Positions 12,107 to 24,075 of a DNA stretch of 64,000 nucleotides are shown here, in pieces. The stretch spans positions 187,860,001 through 187,924,000 of the forward strand of contig OX597815.1 in the NCBI GenBank assembly GCA_951406725.2, read 5' to 3'. This DNA is from Octopus vulgaris (taxonomy: Eukaryota). Every line of letters starts with the position of its first letter. The first letter of the stretch is position 1. Below the pieces are notes generated by a model, which had not been told where the DNA came from, did not search any database, and saw nothing but the letters and a program-made list of their open reading frames with translations. The position numbers were made by a program, and so were the translations under genes.

Positions 12107-12959
12107 TACAAATGAGGTGAGGACCGAAATCCTTAAACTCCAATTACTATATATATTTATATATATGTATATATTTATGTATATATATATATTTATGCAT
12201 GTATATTTACGTATGTATATTTATGTGTGTATATTTGTATATATATTTATGTATATGTATGTATATATGCATGTATGTATATATACATATATGTATGTAG
12301 AAAGACTGTTGTATATATGTGTATATTTGTGTGTGTGTGTGTCTGTACCCCCACCATTGCTTGACAATCAATGTTGCTGTGTTTATGTCCCCATAACTTA
12401 GTGGCTCGGCAAAAGACACTGATAGAATAAGCACTAGGCTTACAAAGAATAAATCCTCTAGTCGATTTTTTTTTACCAAAAGCAGTGCTCCAGCATGACC
12501 GCAGTCACATGATTGAAACAAGTAAAACAATAAAGAAACTATGCCATTTTAATCCCGAGCAAGGCCGGATATCTCTGCTAGTATAAAATGTAGCTAAGAT
12601 TAATTTTTTCAAGTTTGTTCTTAGTTGTACCAAAATATAACTGCTTGTACTGTTCATATTTTTAGTGATATATTTTCTTAAGATATTCTCTTCAAACTTT
12701 AAACTGAAGAGAGCTCTATAGAAAATACATCACAAAATAGAAATAATATATTTCTAAATCTCTCAGAGAGATTTATGCAGTAGCAGCATGATAAAGTGAT
12801 AGTATGTTGTCAACTTAATGTGACAGTCCCATGAAAGGGAAGAATGCTACTGTTATTTAGCCCTAGGAAACACCGTTTCCTGTTGGACTTGACACATTTC
12901 CTGTGTCCTTATGTTTTCAAATAGGGGAGATAAGCATCTCCATCCAGCAAAACCAGCAG

Positions 12960-13000
12960 CCAGAGACTAGTTTCAGAGTCATTGCTCATCATCAGTCTGG
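12960..13000 (-). ncRNA. Minimal type I hammerhead ribozyme, intact core
   Basis: Minus strand CCAGA-CTGATGA-TGAG-CAATGA-CTCT-GAAA-CTAG-TC-TCTGG: perfect 5-bp stem I, GAG/CTC stem II, ACTAGT palindrome, GUC site (predicted cut between 12965 and 12964). Confidence 0.88.
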
Positions 13001-13064
13001 AGTAGCATGGCTTGCTACCTGTCAATGCCTAACCACCTTTGAAAACATAAGGACACAGGAAATG

Positions 13065-13270
13065 TTATTTCTTAACTGCCCACAAGGGGCTACACACAGA
13101 GGGGACAAACAAGGAAAGACACACAGATTAAGTCAATTACATCGACCCCAGTGCGTAACTGGTACTTAATTTATCGACCTTGGCGGAATTTGAACTCAGA
13201 ACATAGCGGCAGACGAAATACCGCAAAGCATTTCGCCCGGCGCTAGCGTTTCTGCCAGCTTGCCGCCCTA
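13065..13270 (-). mobile_element. SINE family M copy with TSD
   Basis: ACACAGGAAATG duplicated at 13053-13064 and 13273-13284. Confidence 0.88.
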
Positions 13271-13457
13271 AAACACAGGAAATGTGTCAAGTCCAACAGG
13301 AAATGGTGTTTCCTGGGTCTAAATAACAGTAGCATTCTTCCCTTTAATGGGACTGTCACATTAAGTTGACAACCTGCTATCACTTCATCATAAAATATGT
13401 TTAAATGAAAAGAAAATAGGTGAAATATGTGATAAAAATGGTGTTTTTCTGTTTCAG

Positions 13458-13531
13458 ACTAAGGTTCATGAACAACCATTATATTGCATCCAATCAATGT
13501 CTCATGGAAAATAAATATTTGCAAGAAATAG
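13458..13531 (+). CDS. Candidate exon (LRFMNNHYIASNQCLMENKYLQEI), unidentified gene
   Basis: TTTTTCTGTTTCAG acceptor, AG|GTAAAG donor, one open frame; no recognisable homology. Confidence 0.25.
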
Positions 13532-13677
13532 GTAAAGCCATAGAGATGCTGTCATAAGGACAACACAAAACAAACATGTTAAAGACTAATTCATTCTTGT
13601 AATTGTCTTCCACAATTTCATGAGAAAATTCTTGCAATGAAGAAATTTTGATTTGTGGGGGAGGGGGTTGTACATTT

Positions 13678-14112
13678 GGCATGGCTGTGTAGTAAGAAAT
13701 TTGCTTCCCAAGCACATGATTCTGGGTTCAGTCCCACTGCATGGCACCTTGGCCAAATGTCTTATATTAGAGCTTCAGGCTGACCAAAGCCTTTTGAGTG
13801 AATTTGATAGATGGAAACTGAAAGAAGCCCATCATATTTATACATATGTTTTTGTGTGTGTGTGTCTATGTGGAAGAGAGAGAGTGTATGTGTCTTTGTA
13901 TCTGTGTATGTCCCCCACCACTGCTTGATAACCGGTGTTGGTGTGGTTATGTCCCTGTAAATTTGAAGCTTGGCAAAAGAGACCAACAGAATAAGTACCG
14001 GGCTTAAAAAATTAAATAAGACCTGAGGGCACTTCATTTGACTAAAAATTCTTTAAGGTGGTGCCCCAGAATGGCCACAGTCTAATGATGGAAACAAGTA
14101 AAAGGAATAAAA
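13678..14112 (+). mobile_element. SINE family A, full-length
   Basis: Head, (TG) tract and tail modules all present. Confidence 0.85.
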
Positions 14113-14217
14113 GACATTCACTTTGAATGATTTCACTAAAACTCAATTCTAATTTTTCTTGGCAACAATCATTTTCTAAAACTCTTTTCCAATTTACGAA
14201 AACTCTTATGAATGACC

Positions 14218-14630
14218 AATTTCTTTACTACCCACAAGGGGCTAAATATAGAGGGAACAAACAAGGACAGACAAACGGATTAAGTCGATTACATCGACCC
14301 CAGTGCGTAACTGGTACTTAATTTATCGACCCCGAAAGGATGAAAGGCAAAGTTGACCTCGGCGGAATTTGAACTCAGAACATAACCGCAGACGAAATAC
14401 CTATTTCTTTACTACCCACAAGGGGCTAAACACAGAGGGGACAAACAAGGAGAGACAAACGGATTAAGTCAATTACATCAACCCCAGTGTGTAACTGGTA
14501 CTTAATTTATCGACCCCGAAAGGATGAAAGGCAAAGTCGACCTCAGCGGAATTTGAACTCAGAGTGTAACGGCAGACGAAATACAGCTTCGCATTTCGCC
14601 TGGCGTGCTAACGGTTCTGCCAGCTCACCC
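14218..14630 (-). mobile_element. SINE family M dimer
   Basis: Two units joined at GACGAAATACCTATTTCTTTAC. Confidence 0.85.
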
Positions 14631-15224
14631 TCCTTTGTTCTCTTCTTTTCACTGATTAAAAATATGCTTCTTGGAGAGCCAAATCCATTGCAGACTATTA
14701 ATCTTAAGTCTCACACCAATTATAGGTTCTTCCTTTTGAAAACGTCAGAGTAAACAACACTTTTGTCTTGCGTGAAAATTCTCTAAGGAAACTGCAAGTA
14801 TGGGAATGTCTCCACTCTTCCTTAATAACTTGGTGAGAAGCTTCTTGACGTTTTTATTACCCTTTTATTTTTTGCATGGACATCTTATTCATTGTCACTG
14901 ACAATTCCACGTACTCTTATGTAAATAATGTCACACTCACTTTCTCTTTCTGTGTACTCGTGTCTCCTTCACATGTAATCTCGTACAACGTTTCTCTTGA
15001 GACCTGCACATTTTCCATGAAACATCACAACTTGATCTTAATCAGGGGTATTAAAACATGTCTCAACAGACAGCAGATGTCAAAACATAACTTTTGAATG
15101 AAATGGCCAGACTCGTGTGAATTTTGCCATGAATATTCAGTTATTCAATCAACTAGACATCCTACTCTTTGAAGTAGCATGTAAAATAGCTGAATTTTCC
15201 ATAGATAAGTGTGTGTATCCTTAA

Positions 15225-15427
15225 ACCTTTAGCATTTAAACTGGCTGTGTCAGGCCCAAATATTATACCTACAGGATCCTGCTTCTCACACCTACCCTAT
15301 GATGTCATTCTGAAAATAAGCGATCACATCAGTGAAATCTCAAAGCTATGAGATAATGCATGATTAATCCAAAGCAATGTGAATAAATAATCAGAACATT
15401 TGACAGAGTAATCTGAACACTAAAGGG
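15225..15427 (+). mobile_element. piggyBac-type MITE
   Basis: TTAA flanks; (A)CCTTTAGCATT / AACACTAAAGGG TIRs; related partial copies at about 18760-18897 and 29872-29940. Confidence 0.7.
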
Positions 15428-17300
15428 TTAATATAATTCTTAGGCATAATAAGCATGACACCAGTGAATCACAGGTATAGTCCATCTGATGGATTTCTAC
15501 ACGGTTTCCATCTACTTGAATTCACACACATGGTTTGGGTTGAGGTAAAGATATGGTAAATGTACCTGCCCAAGGTACCATGAACTAAGATCAACCCTGG
15601 GGCCTTGTGGTTATAAAGTGAACTTATTAACCACTCAGCTGTTCTTGACCAAAGCCTAAAAACAATCTTACCTTTTATAAACGTTTGAGTTTATACACCT
15701 GGAATGAGTTTTACCTCATCACAATACTTGTGATGACATGTGGAACCCTTCTAAGGAATGGGGGATGATTGTACAAGGTTGTACAACCTCCTTGAAACAG
15801 CTTCCTTAAACTTCCATCTACCAAGTCCACTCATAGGGCTTTGGTCAGCCTGGGGCTATAGTAGAAGTCACTTGCCCAAGATGCCACGAATGAGACTGAA
15901 CCTGGAACTATGTGGTTGAGAAGCAAACTTTTTACCACACAGCCACACTTGTGCCAATAATTAAAAACATCTCAACTGCTTCTAAAAGTCTAATGAACTC
16001 TTAAAAAGTGTGGTGATGTGAGTTCACAAGAATCCTATACACCTGGAGAGTTCTAGAAGACCGAAACACACCCTCCCTACCACATCTCCATGAACTGCAT
16101 TCTGAAATTTTTATTCTAATTATATGAACTTTTGAGAGTTACATTTTTACCTGAACATATATTTTTGCATCATACGAAGAAAATGGAGAAAAGAACATTT
16201 CTTTTTGTGAAAAGCAAAACAAAACAAAACAAATTGAGATTTTTGATTTAAAATGCTGTGCTCTAGTTTATTTCATAAAGGTTTTATACTTAAAAATTTG
16301 TTGCAACTTCAGAGAAAGTATAGAATAAAAAATTTCCTTGAGAAAAAAAAAAGGGAAAATGCTATTTTGTTGCACAAGAAATTACCAAGAGTTGACTGAT
16401 AAATATCTGTTCAGGTATTTTTTTTCTTCTTTCTCCCATCTCAGAAAATGCATACGATGTATCAATACAAGAGAAACTGAGATGTCTAAAAGTAAAACTA
16501 ATAAAAACAAATATGTCCAGAATTTTCTTTAAAACCAAAAAAAAAAAGATATTCATTCACAAATTTATTCAATGATGTTTTTTTTTTTTTTCTTTTTTTC
16601 TTTTGAACTTGGGCATAAAGAATCCTGTGATTTATTTTCACAAATAAGTAATCACCAAAGTAATTCTTATGCGAAAATTCTTTTGCTTTAATCTTACTGA
16701 GAACTTATAGAAAATCCCTTTCTTTTGAAAACGGAGACAAAAGGATAATAATAAAAATAATAATAATAATAAGAGAATGTAAAAATGTAAATAATGAAAT
16801 CACAGTAAAATTATCAATCAACTCTACATGTTTTTATATGTATCAAGCAAAGAAAAAAAAGCAGAAGTATTTCTTGGCGAGTGGGGGAGGGGGAGACGAC
16901 AAAAATTAATTAGTAAATATTTACTTTGCGTTTACAAAAATGTTTCAGCGGAAGCTTGATTTATCCTCCTTTTGCTAACCTGTTAACCCTTTTTATTTTT
17001 ATGAATTATAAAATAGGTGCCGACATGGCTGTACGGTAAGGAGTTTGCTTTCAACCACATGGCTCTGAGTTCAGTCCCACTGTGACATCTTGGGCTGACC
17101 AAAGCCTTGTGTGTGGATTTTGGTTAACATACATACTTCTGTGTAATTATGCATCCACTCACCTCCCTGATCCAGGCCCTTTAGCCAGTTTCTCGTCATA
17201 AATTTGCTGCTAACTTAAACTCCTCACTCTCTTCCCCGAATTAGGGTCAGTAGAGTCATATGGCACAATGTACTTGTTTCTTTATATATATATATATATA

Positions 17301-18038
17301 TTTAACAATTAAGGATAACTTCTTAATAAGGAATCTTAACAAGAAATTATCAGGTAGTTAGCGTGAAAAAAATAATTTTTTTCCTTTTGAACATATTAAT
17401 TATATTTATATTGTATAGAGGGCATTATTACACATAAATGCCTCACACTAAGAGGGACAAAGTCATTACTACCAAAATTACACTAATCATACCTAATGCA
17501 GTTCTTGTCCCTCTTAGTGTGAGGCATTTATGTGTAATAATGCCCTCTATACAATATAAATATAATTAATATGTTCAAAAGGAAAAAAATTATTTTCGAA
17601 TTCTTTTCTCTTATGAGGTTTTTCACGCTAACTACCTGATAATTTCTTGTTAAGATTCCTTATTAAGAAGTTATCCTTAATTGTTAAATTTATTCTGAAA
17701 TACTTTTCTTACCTGACATGCAGTTCGAAAAAGCCCGCCATTTACCGAATATATGATTTATAAACATTCCATGTGCTTGGCCGGAGTGAATAGATGTCTG
17801 TTCGTCTTCGCTAGGTAAGGTTGGTGGTTTATTTATGATGTGTTCAGAATCAGTTCTGCTGATGATCATAGACGTAATTTTTTATACATTAAATGTGAAA
17901 TCACAGGTGATACAGAACTAAATTCATTTTTTAAATGTCTTGCTTTGAAGAACTGCATTAGGTATGATTAGTGTAATTTTGGTAGTAATGACTTTGTCCC
18001 TCTTAGTGTGAGGCATTTATGTGTAATAATGCCCTCTA

Positions 18039-18041
<3 letters not shown>
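17301..18041 (+). mobile_element. Penelope-like / retrozyme-like element: inverted partial copy plus 489-bp unit with 48-bp terminal redundancy and a hammerhead
   Basis: 17301-17506 is the reverse complement of 17948-17995 plus 17507-17688; 17505-17552 equals 17994-18041; (TA)n on both sides. Confidence 0.85.
17852..17919 (+). ncRNA. Type I hammerhead ribozyme, intact core
   Basis: AGTTCTG-CTGATGA-TCAT..ATGT-GAAA-TCACAGGTGA-TA-CAGAACT: 7-bp stem I, stem III ATCAC/GTGAT, AUA site (predicted cut after 17912). Confidence 0.85.
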
Positions 18042-18075
<34 letters not shown>

Positions 18076-18076
<1 letters not shown>

Positions 18077-18276
18077 TCTTTTACTTGTTTCAGTCATTTG
18101 ACTGTGGCCATGCTGGAGCACTGCCTTTAGTCGAGCAAATCGACCCCAGGACTTATTCTTTGTAAGCCTAGTGCTTATTCTATTGGTCTCTTTTGCCGAA
18201 CCCCTAAGTTATAGGGAGGGATGTAAACACACCAGCATCGGTTGTCAAGCGATGTTGGGGGGACAAACACATGCAA

Positions 18277-18315
<39 letters not shown>

Positions 18316-18463
18316 CGACGGGCTTCTTTCAGTTTCTGTCAACCAAATCCACTCACAAGGCTTTTAGTAGAAGACACTTGCCCAAGTTGCCATGCAGTGG
18401 GACTGAACCTGGAACCATGTGGTTGGTAGGCAAGCTACTTACCACACAGCCACTCCTATGCCT
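18076..18463 (-). mobile_element. SINE family A, full-length
   Basis: Complete reverse-complement copy. Confidence 0.85.
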
Positions 18464-19280
18464 ATATAAATATACATTTAGCTCTCTCTCTCTATATATA
18501 TATATATCGATTATGCTGTGTGACAAAATTCATCAGGCCAGGTGAAATCGTAGCTGTGGCTGTGTAGGTGTCATGGAAATGGCACCCATAAAATTGTAGT
18601 CATGGCCATTGCCAGTGCCTTGTAAATGGCACCCCTGAATCATAGCTGTAGTCATTAATGACGCTATGTTAAGTGGCACCTGTGAGTCATAGTTCTGGTC
18701 ATTGATGGTACCATGTAAATGGTATCCATGAATTGTAGTCATGGTCACTGCTGGTGTATTTTCTCATAGCTTTGAGATTTCGATGAAGTGATTGTGTATT
18801 TTTAGAATAACATTGTAGGGTAGGTGTAAGAGGACAGATCATGACACTTTGAACATAAAATAGGTAGAATATTTAGGCCAGTTTAAATGCTAAAGGGTTA
18901 ATGTGGATGTTATAGATATTGCAGCACTTGGCACAAGGCAGTGCATGGGTCAGTGGGTTAGGGGTCAATTTTGTAATACAGCTACATCATTTTCCTGGAA
19001 CTTTTGTTTCCAAAGCCTCTCCAGGATACCCATTTTCCCAAACCAAGGATGGGTCACCTTGGTCAACACACTCCAAATTATACAAATATTAAATTCACTT
19101 AAATAATTAAATAATGAACCATTTTTTTACCAATGAGCCTTCTTTGATGCTTATTGTACTCCCGTAGATCCTCATAGCCAATCAATGTTTTTTTTAAAAG
19201 AACCTTATAGTATTTTTATACATTATTTACATTGGATGGATGTGTTCTCACCTTGTTTGTTGTTACCACAACGTTTCAAG

Positions 19281-19588
19281 GTGGAGGCACATGGCCTAGT
19301 GGTTAGAGCAGCGGACTCGCGGTCAAGGGATCATGGGTTTGAATCTCAGACCGGGCGATGTGTGTGTTTATGAGTGGAACACATAAGCTCCATGCAGCTC
19401 CAGCAGAAGGTAATGGCGAACTTCTGCTGACTCTTTCGCCACAACTTTCTCTCACTCTTTCTTCCTGCATCTTGCAGCTCATCTGCGACGGACTGGCGTC
19501 CCATCCAGGTGGGGAACCTACATGCCACGGAAACAGGGAAACCAGCCCTTATGAGCCAGGCATGGCTCGAGAAGGAACAAACTAACTA
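19281..19588 (+). mobile_element. tRNA-derived SINE (family T1)
   Basis: A box TGGCCTAGTGG, B-box-like GGTTTGAATCTC; TSD ACCACAACGTTTCA / ACCACACCATTTCA; second copy at 40656-40958. Confidence 0.88.
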
Positions 19589-19590
19589 AC

Positions 19591-19633
19591 CACACCATTT
19601 CAGCTGATGTACTCTCCAGCCTTCAATAGGTGT
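19591..19633 (-). ncRNA. Degenerate hammerhead-like motif
   Basis: Minus strand ACAC-CTATTGA-A-GGCTG-GAGAGTACAT-CAGCT-GAAA; the other TSD copy supplies CG-TT-GTG; core mutated. Confidence 0.55.
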
Positions 19634-19806
19634 TCTGGTGGAATTTCAAACCCAAACCTTTATTTGATTAATGGGGTACTCTGTTCTCATTTCTAAGGTA
19701 TTGTTTCTGATGTTATTATTTATTCAAGTCACTGCCTGTACATATTTATTCAACCACTAAGCTATCGAACTGTATTTTTACAATTAAATATTATTAAGAA
19801 CTCACC

Positions 19807-19907
19807 GGCACAGGTATCACAACTACAATTTCCATTTGATATTTATTTTGAGTACATCAACATCAAAATAAATATCAAATGGAAATTGTAGTTGTGATAC
19901 CTGTGCC
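19807..19907. repeat. Perfect 45-bp inverted repeat with 11-nt loop at the 5' end of a family B insertion
   Basis: GGCACAGGTATCACAACTACAATTTCCATTTGATATTTATTTTGA and its exact reverse complement. Confidence 0.95.
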
Positions 19908-20265
19908 ACGTAAAAAGCACCATTTGAACGCGGCCAATGCCAGCCTCCCCTGACACCTGTGCCAGTGGCACGTAAAAAGCACCATTTGAACGCGGCCGAT
20001 GCCAGCACCGCCTTGACTGGCTTCTGTGCCGGTGGCACATAAAAAGCACCAACTGATCGTGGCTGTTGCCAGCCTCCCCTGACACCTGTGCCGGTGGCAC
20101 GTAAAAAGCACCCACTACACTCATGGAGTGGTTGGCGTTAGGCAGCTGTAGAAACACTGCCAGATCAGACTGGAGCCTGGTGCAGCCCCCTGGCTTCCCA
20201 AACCCCGGTCAAACCGTCCAACCTGTGCTAGCATGGAAAACAGACGTTAAACGATGATGATGATG
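19852..20265 (+). mobile_element. Family B RTE 3' end with internal tandem repeats
   Basis: Four GGCACGTAAAAAGCACC-type units and a (GAT)n tail. Confidence 0.85.
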
Positions 20266-20274
20266 TATAAAAAT

Positions 20275-20384
20275 TGTTAATCTATATTATAGAACTATAA
20301 GCGATTTTATTACACATAAATTTTAACACCAAAATCTTATAGAGACCCCTAAGGATCACATGGACCCTAGTTGAGAACCACTGG
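20275..20384 (-). mobile_element. hAT (Charlie-type) MITE end
   Basis: Minus strand CAGTGGTTCTCAAC TIR; related end at about 8090-8182. Confidence 0.5.
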
Positions 20385-21292
20385 TATAAACGATACAAGT
20401 ATATTAATACTGAACTGTGCAAGGTAATAGCCTGTACAAGATACCAATAAAATAGTCTGGTAGTCATGGGGATTTAAAACTCCAGCTTGTAATTCAATAC
20501 AGATTATGAAAGATACCAAACCATCAATATCTGGAAAGATGGTGTTGTACCTGTATTTCAATGGGGGAAGGGGGGAATGCTGGTCTGCGAGCATCTAAAG
20601 ATATCAAGGTTGCACCCAACCTATTCTCACTGTTCATTCTTATTCAATCTCTGCAGATCTTTATTTACAACTTTTTTAGAACATTCCCAATAAAGCAGCA
20701 TCAAAGATCTAACTTTTAGTAACACAGTCTGGTTTTTGTGTGGAGAAATAAATCTTTTGTTGCTGAAAGAAGAAGTAGTTCTCTATATCTTTACCATCTC
20801 TTTAAATTTGTGACCATTAGGCTGTCTTTAGCCACATTTTCAGCAGTTGTTGTAAATGTACTTATAAAGCAGAACTTATCTACTTTTCCCAGCAAAAACA
20901 TTTCAGTAGTCGATATGTTTCATTCTGTCCATGGCTGTATATGATGTTATCTCTTTCAGTATTTCTGCTGTACATAAAGCTCTGCATATATATATGTGTG
21001 TGCGTGTGTAAGTTGTTGTTTGGTTTTGAAAATAATACAAGAAATGTTATATTTTCTCTTAGTCACTTTGGCAGTCTCACTATTTCTGATATGCACTTGT
21101 TAATGTAATATTGTTAAAATTTAGAGATATTTCACTATCATTATATGCCGAGATAAAAATGAATAACTAAAGATGGAACTTTATATCACCATCAGCAATA
21201 ACAAATGGACTACCTCTGCGTGGTGCCTCAGTCTGCAAGAAATAGCAACCATATCTCCCTCAAATCACACTTTGCCATCTTAGATAAGCATA

Positions 21293-21453
21293 TGGAGTGG
21301 CTGTGTGGTAAGTAGCTTGCCTACGAACGACATGGTTCTGGGTTCAGTCCCTCTGTGTGGCACTTTGGGCAAGTGTCTTCTACTATAGCCTCGGGCCGAC
21401 CAAAGCCTTGTGAGTGGATTTGGTAGAAGGAAACTGAAAGAAGCCCGTCGTAA

Positions 21454-21513
<60 letters not shown>

Positions 21514-21721
21514 TTGTGTGTCTGTGTTTGTCCCCCTACCATTGCTTGACAACCGATGCTGGTGTGTTTATGTCCCCGTCACTTAGCGGTTCGGCAAAAG
21601 AGACCGATAGAATAAGTACTGGGCTTACAAAGAATAAGTCCCGGGGTCGATTTGCTCGACTAAAGGTGGTGCTCCAGCATGGCTGCAGTCAACTGACTGA
21701 AACAAGTAAGAGAGTAAAGAG

Positions 21722-21765
<44 letters not shown>

Positions 21766-21991
21766 TGTGTGTATGTGTTTGTGTGTGTGTTTGTTCCCCC
21801 AACATTGCTTGACAACCGATGCTGGTGTGCTTACGTCCCCGTAACTTAGCGGTTCAGCAAAAGAGACTGATAGAATAAATAATAGGCTTCCAAAGTATAA
21901 GTCCTGGGGTCGATGTGCTCGACTAAAGGCGGTGCTCCAGCATGGCCACATTCAAATGACTGAAACAAGTAAAAGAGTAAAAGAGTAAAAG
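21293..21991 (+). mobile_element. SINE family A, full copy followed by a tandem second tail half
   Basis: Head 21293-21450, tail 21500-21720, repeated tail about 21770-21991. Confidence 0.85.
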
Positions 21992-22492
21992 AGAATAATG
22001 TAGTCCTTGTTTCTCCTGCTGAAAAGAAAATGAGAGGATGGTCATGGATAGAATGGTTTATGTGATAAGATGCCTGCTTGATTAGAGCACTCCTAGTGCT
22101 AAACAACAACAGCAATGCAAACAAAAATAATGTCAGCTGTAGAATCATTAAGAACACAAACTGCTTCCTTAGCAATAGCTTTGGGTCAACCAAAACTTTA
22201 TGGTTTCCTCCAACCAAAGCTTTATGAACTTTGACTGGAGGAAACTGTGTGGAAGCTGGTTGGATAAAACATTCCTGTTCTTTGCTGTTGAACATAATCC
22301 ATCATCCAAGTTAAAATCACATCTTGGCCCTTGATGACTTTTAGTGGAATTTACTCTGATTCGAGCATTTAAGGCAGAGCTTTGATCTAAAGATAACTTT
22401 CCTTCCCTACTCTGACCGTTCTTGGAAGCCTCAAGAAAGAAACATGGACACTCTTCTGGCTAAGCCATAAATGCGTGTATTCACGCACACAA

Positions 22493-22830
22493 TCATCATC
22501 ATTTAACGTCTGTTTTCCATGCTGGCATGAGTTGGACAGTTTGACTGAGGTCTGGAGAGCCAGCAGCTGCACCAAGCTCTAATCTGACCTGGCAAGGTTT
22601 CTACAGCTAGATGCCTTTCCTAATGCCAACCACTCCGAGAGTGTAGTGGGTGCTTTTTCAAGCATATCATATTGAACGATGCATCAGGGGTACTCTTAAC
22701 TGGGCCATATCCCTGATGCATCAGGCAATATGATATGCATGAGAAGACCTGTTGAGTCAAGTAAAACCAATATCATAGCTGTGGTCAGTGCCCCCTGACT
22801 GAGTCCCGTGACACTGGCATGTAAAATCTA
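22493..22830. mobile_element. Family B fragment with an internal inversion and a hairpin junction at 22662-22738
   Basis: Minus-strand tail switches to plus-strand LINE sequence at GCATATCATATTG..GATGCATCAGGG / CCCTGATGCATC..CAATATGATATGC. Confidence 0.65.
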
Positions 22831-23702
22831 TGTAAGGTTAATTTAGCATCTTCTCTGTAGATTGGATAACATGATTTAAAAGCTTGATTAATTTTCATAT
22901 GTTCTTCCTAGAGGTAAGAGGAAAATTTTTTATGTTCACTGCCCATACACATCTCTGCCTCTATACATTCAGTGAAGCTTTACCTAGTGTCGAATGGTTA
23001 TCCACTGCTATTTCCAGCAAAAATTGGTACCTTGTTGTGCCACTATTTCCTATATATATATATATCTGTATATTTATAAATCACCTTGAGCCACTGAATT
23101 AGTAGTTTTAACTTTTATGGCAACCTTTCCGAGCTTTTTGATTATCGTTTGAATAACATATCTATTTCCCCCTAGTTAGAAGCACGTTAAAATAGCTTGA
23201 GATAATTGTAAGCATCTTCAATTTGCATAAATTCTGAAAAATCTAGATTTACTGACAAGCTGTTCGTACATGTGTTATTCTTTCTCAAGAAATTTGGCAA
23301 AAACAAAATTGTCTCTGGAGACCTTATAAATTCTTTATTGAATCTTGCATGGAAATATGACTGTTTTTCCAGACTAAATGTTATTGAAGGAACCGCTATG
23401 TGGTAGCTTGATCTGTTAGAAATAGCAGCCAAATCTTCCTCAAATTGTACTCTGTCTTCTTAAATAAGGAAAAGACACATCAAATAACGCAGTTTAAGAC
23501 ACATCCTTAAAAGACATGGTAGTCATGGCTGGAATGCTTTTAATCATAGTTCTACTTGATCAGAATTTTGCCTAGGGTTAAACAACAACAACACTAATCT
23601 TATGACTTGTATTAATAGTTTCTTCTCTAATAATTTTATTTTTTCATCTTTTGTGTTTTACTTGCTCCAATCACTAGACTGTGGCCATGCTAGGGCTCTG
23701 CC

Positions 23703-24075
23703 TTACTCTTTTACTTGTTTCAGTCATCTGACTGCGGCCATGCTGGAGCACTGCCTTTAGCCGAGCAAATCGACTGCAAGAATTATTCTTTGTAAGCCTA
23801 ATACTTATTCTATCGGTCTCCTTTGCCGAACCGCTAAGTTACGGGGACGTAAACACACCATCGGTTGTCAAGCGATGTTGGGGAGACAAACATAGACACA
23901 CACACACACATACATATATACGACGGGCTTCTTTCACTTTCCGTCTACCAAATCCACTCACAAGGCTTTGGTTGGCCCGAGGCTATAGTAGAAGAACTTG
24001 CCCAAGGTGCCACGCAGTGGGACTGAACCCGGAACCATGTGGTTGGTAAGCAAGCTACTTACCACACAGCCACTC
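23703..24075 (-). mobile_element. SINE family A, full-length
   Basis: Low-divergence reverse-complement copy. Confidence 0.88.

Larger units (their letters stand above)
12788..13391. mobile_element. Fold-back (inverted pLTR, Penelope-like) element with a central hammerhead; right arm interrupted by a SINE
   Basis: Arm 12788-12921 is the reverse complement of 13038-13064 plus 13273-13391; hammerhead in the spacer. Confidence 0.75.
19130..19740 (-). mobile_element. Penelope-like pLTR fragment split by a tRNA-derived SINE
   Basis: Carries a degenerate hammerhead; SINE TSD at 19265-19278 and 19589-19602. Confidence 0.55.

Noticed and set aside
12704-12730. CTGAAGA..GAAA hammerhead-like core
   Set aside because: No convincing stems I or III and no NUH site; other isolated CTGANGA hits (32214, 43284, 51101) fail likewise
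19900-20115. CRISPR-like periodic repeat GGCACGTAAAAAGCACC with variable intervening sequence
   Set aside because: The intervening sequences are homologous to each other, the array is part of a dispersed retroelement 3' UTR, the context is eukaryotic and there are no cas genes
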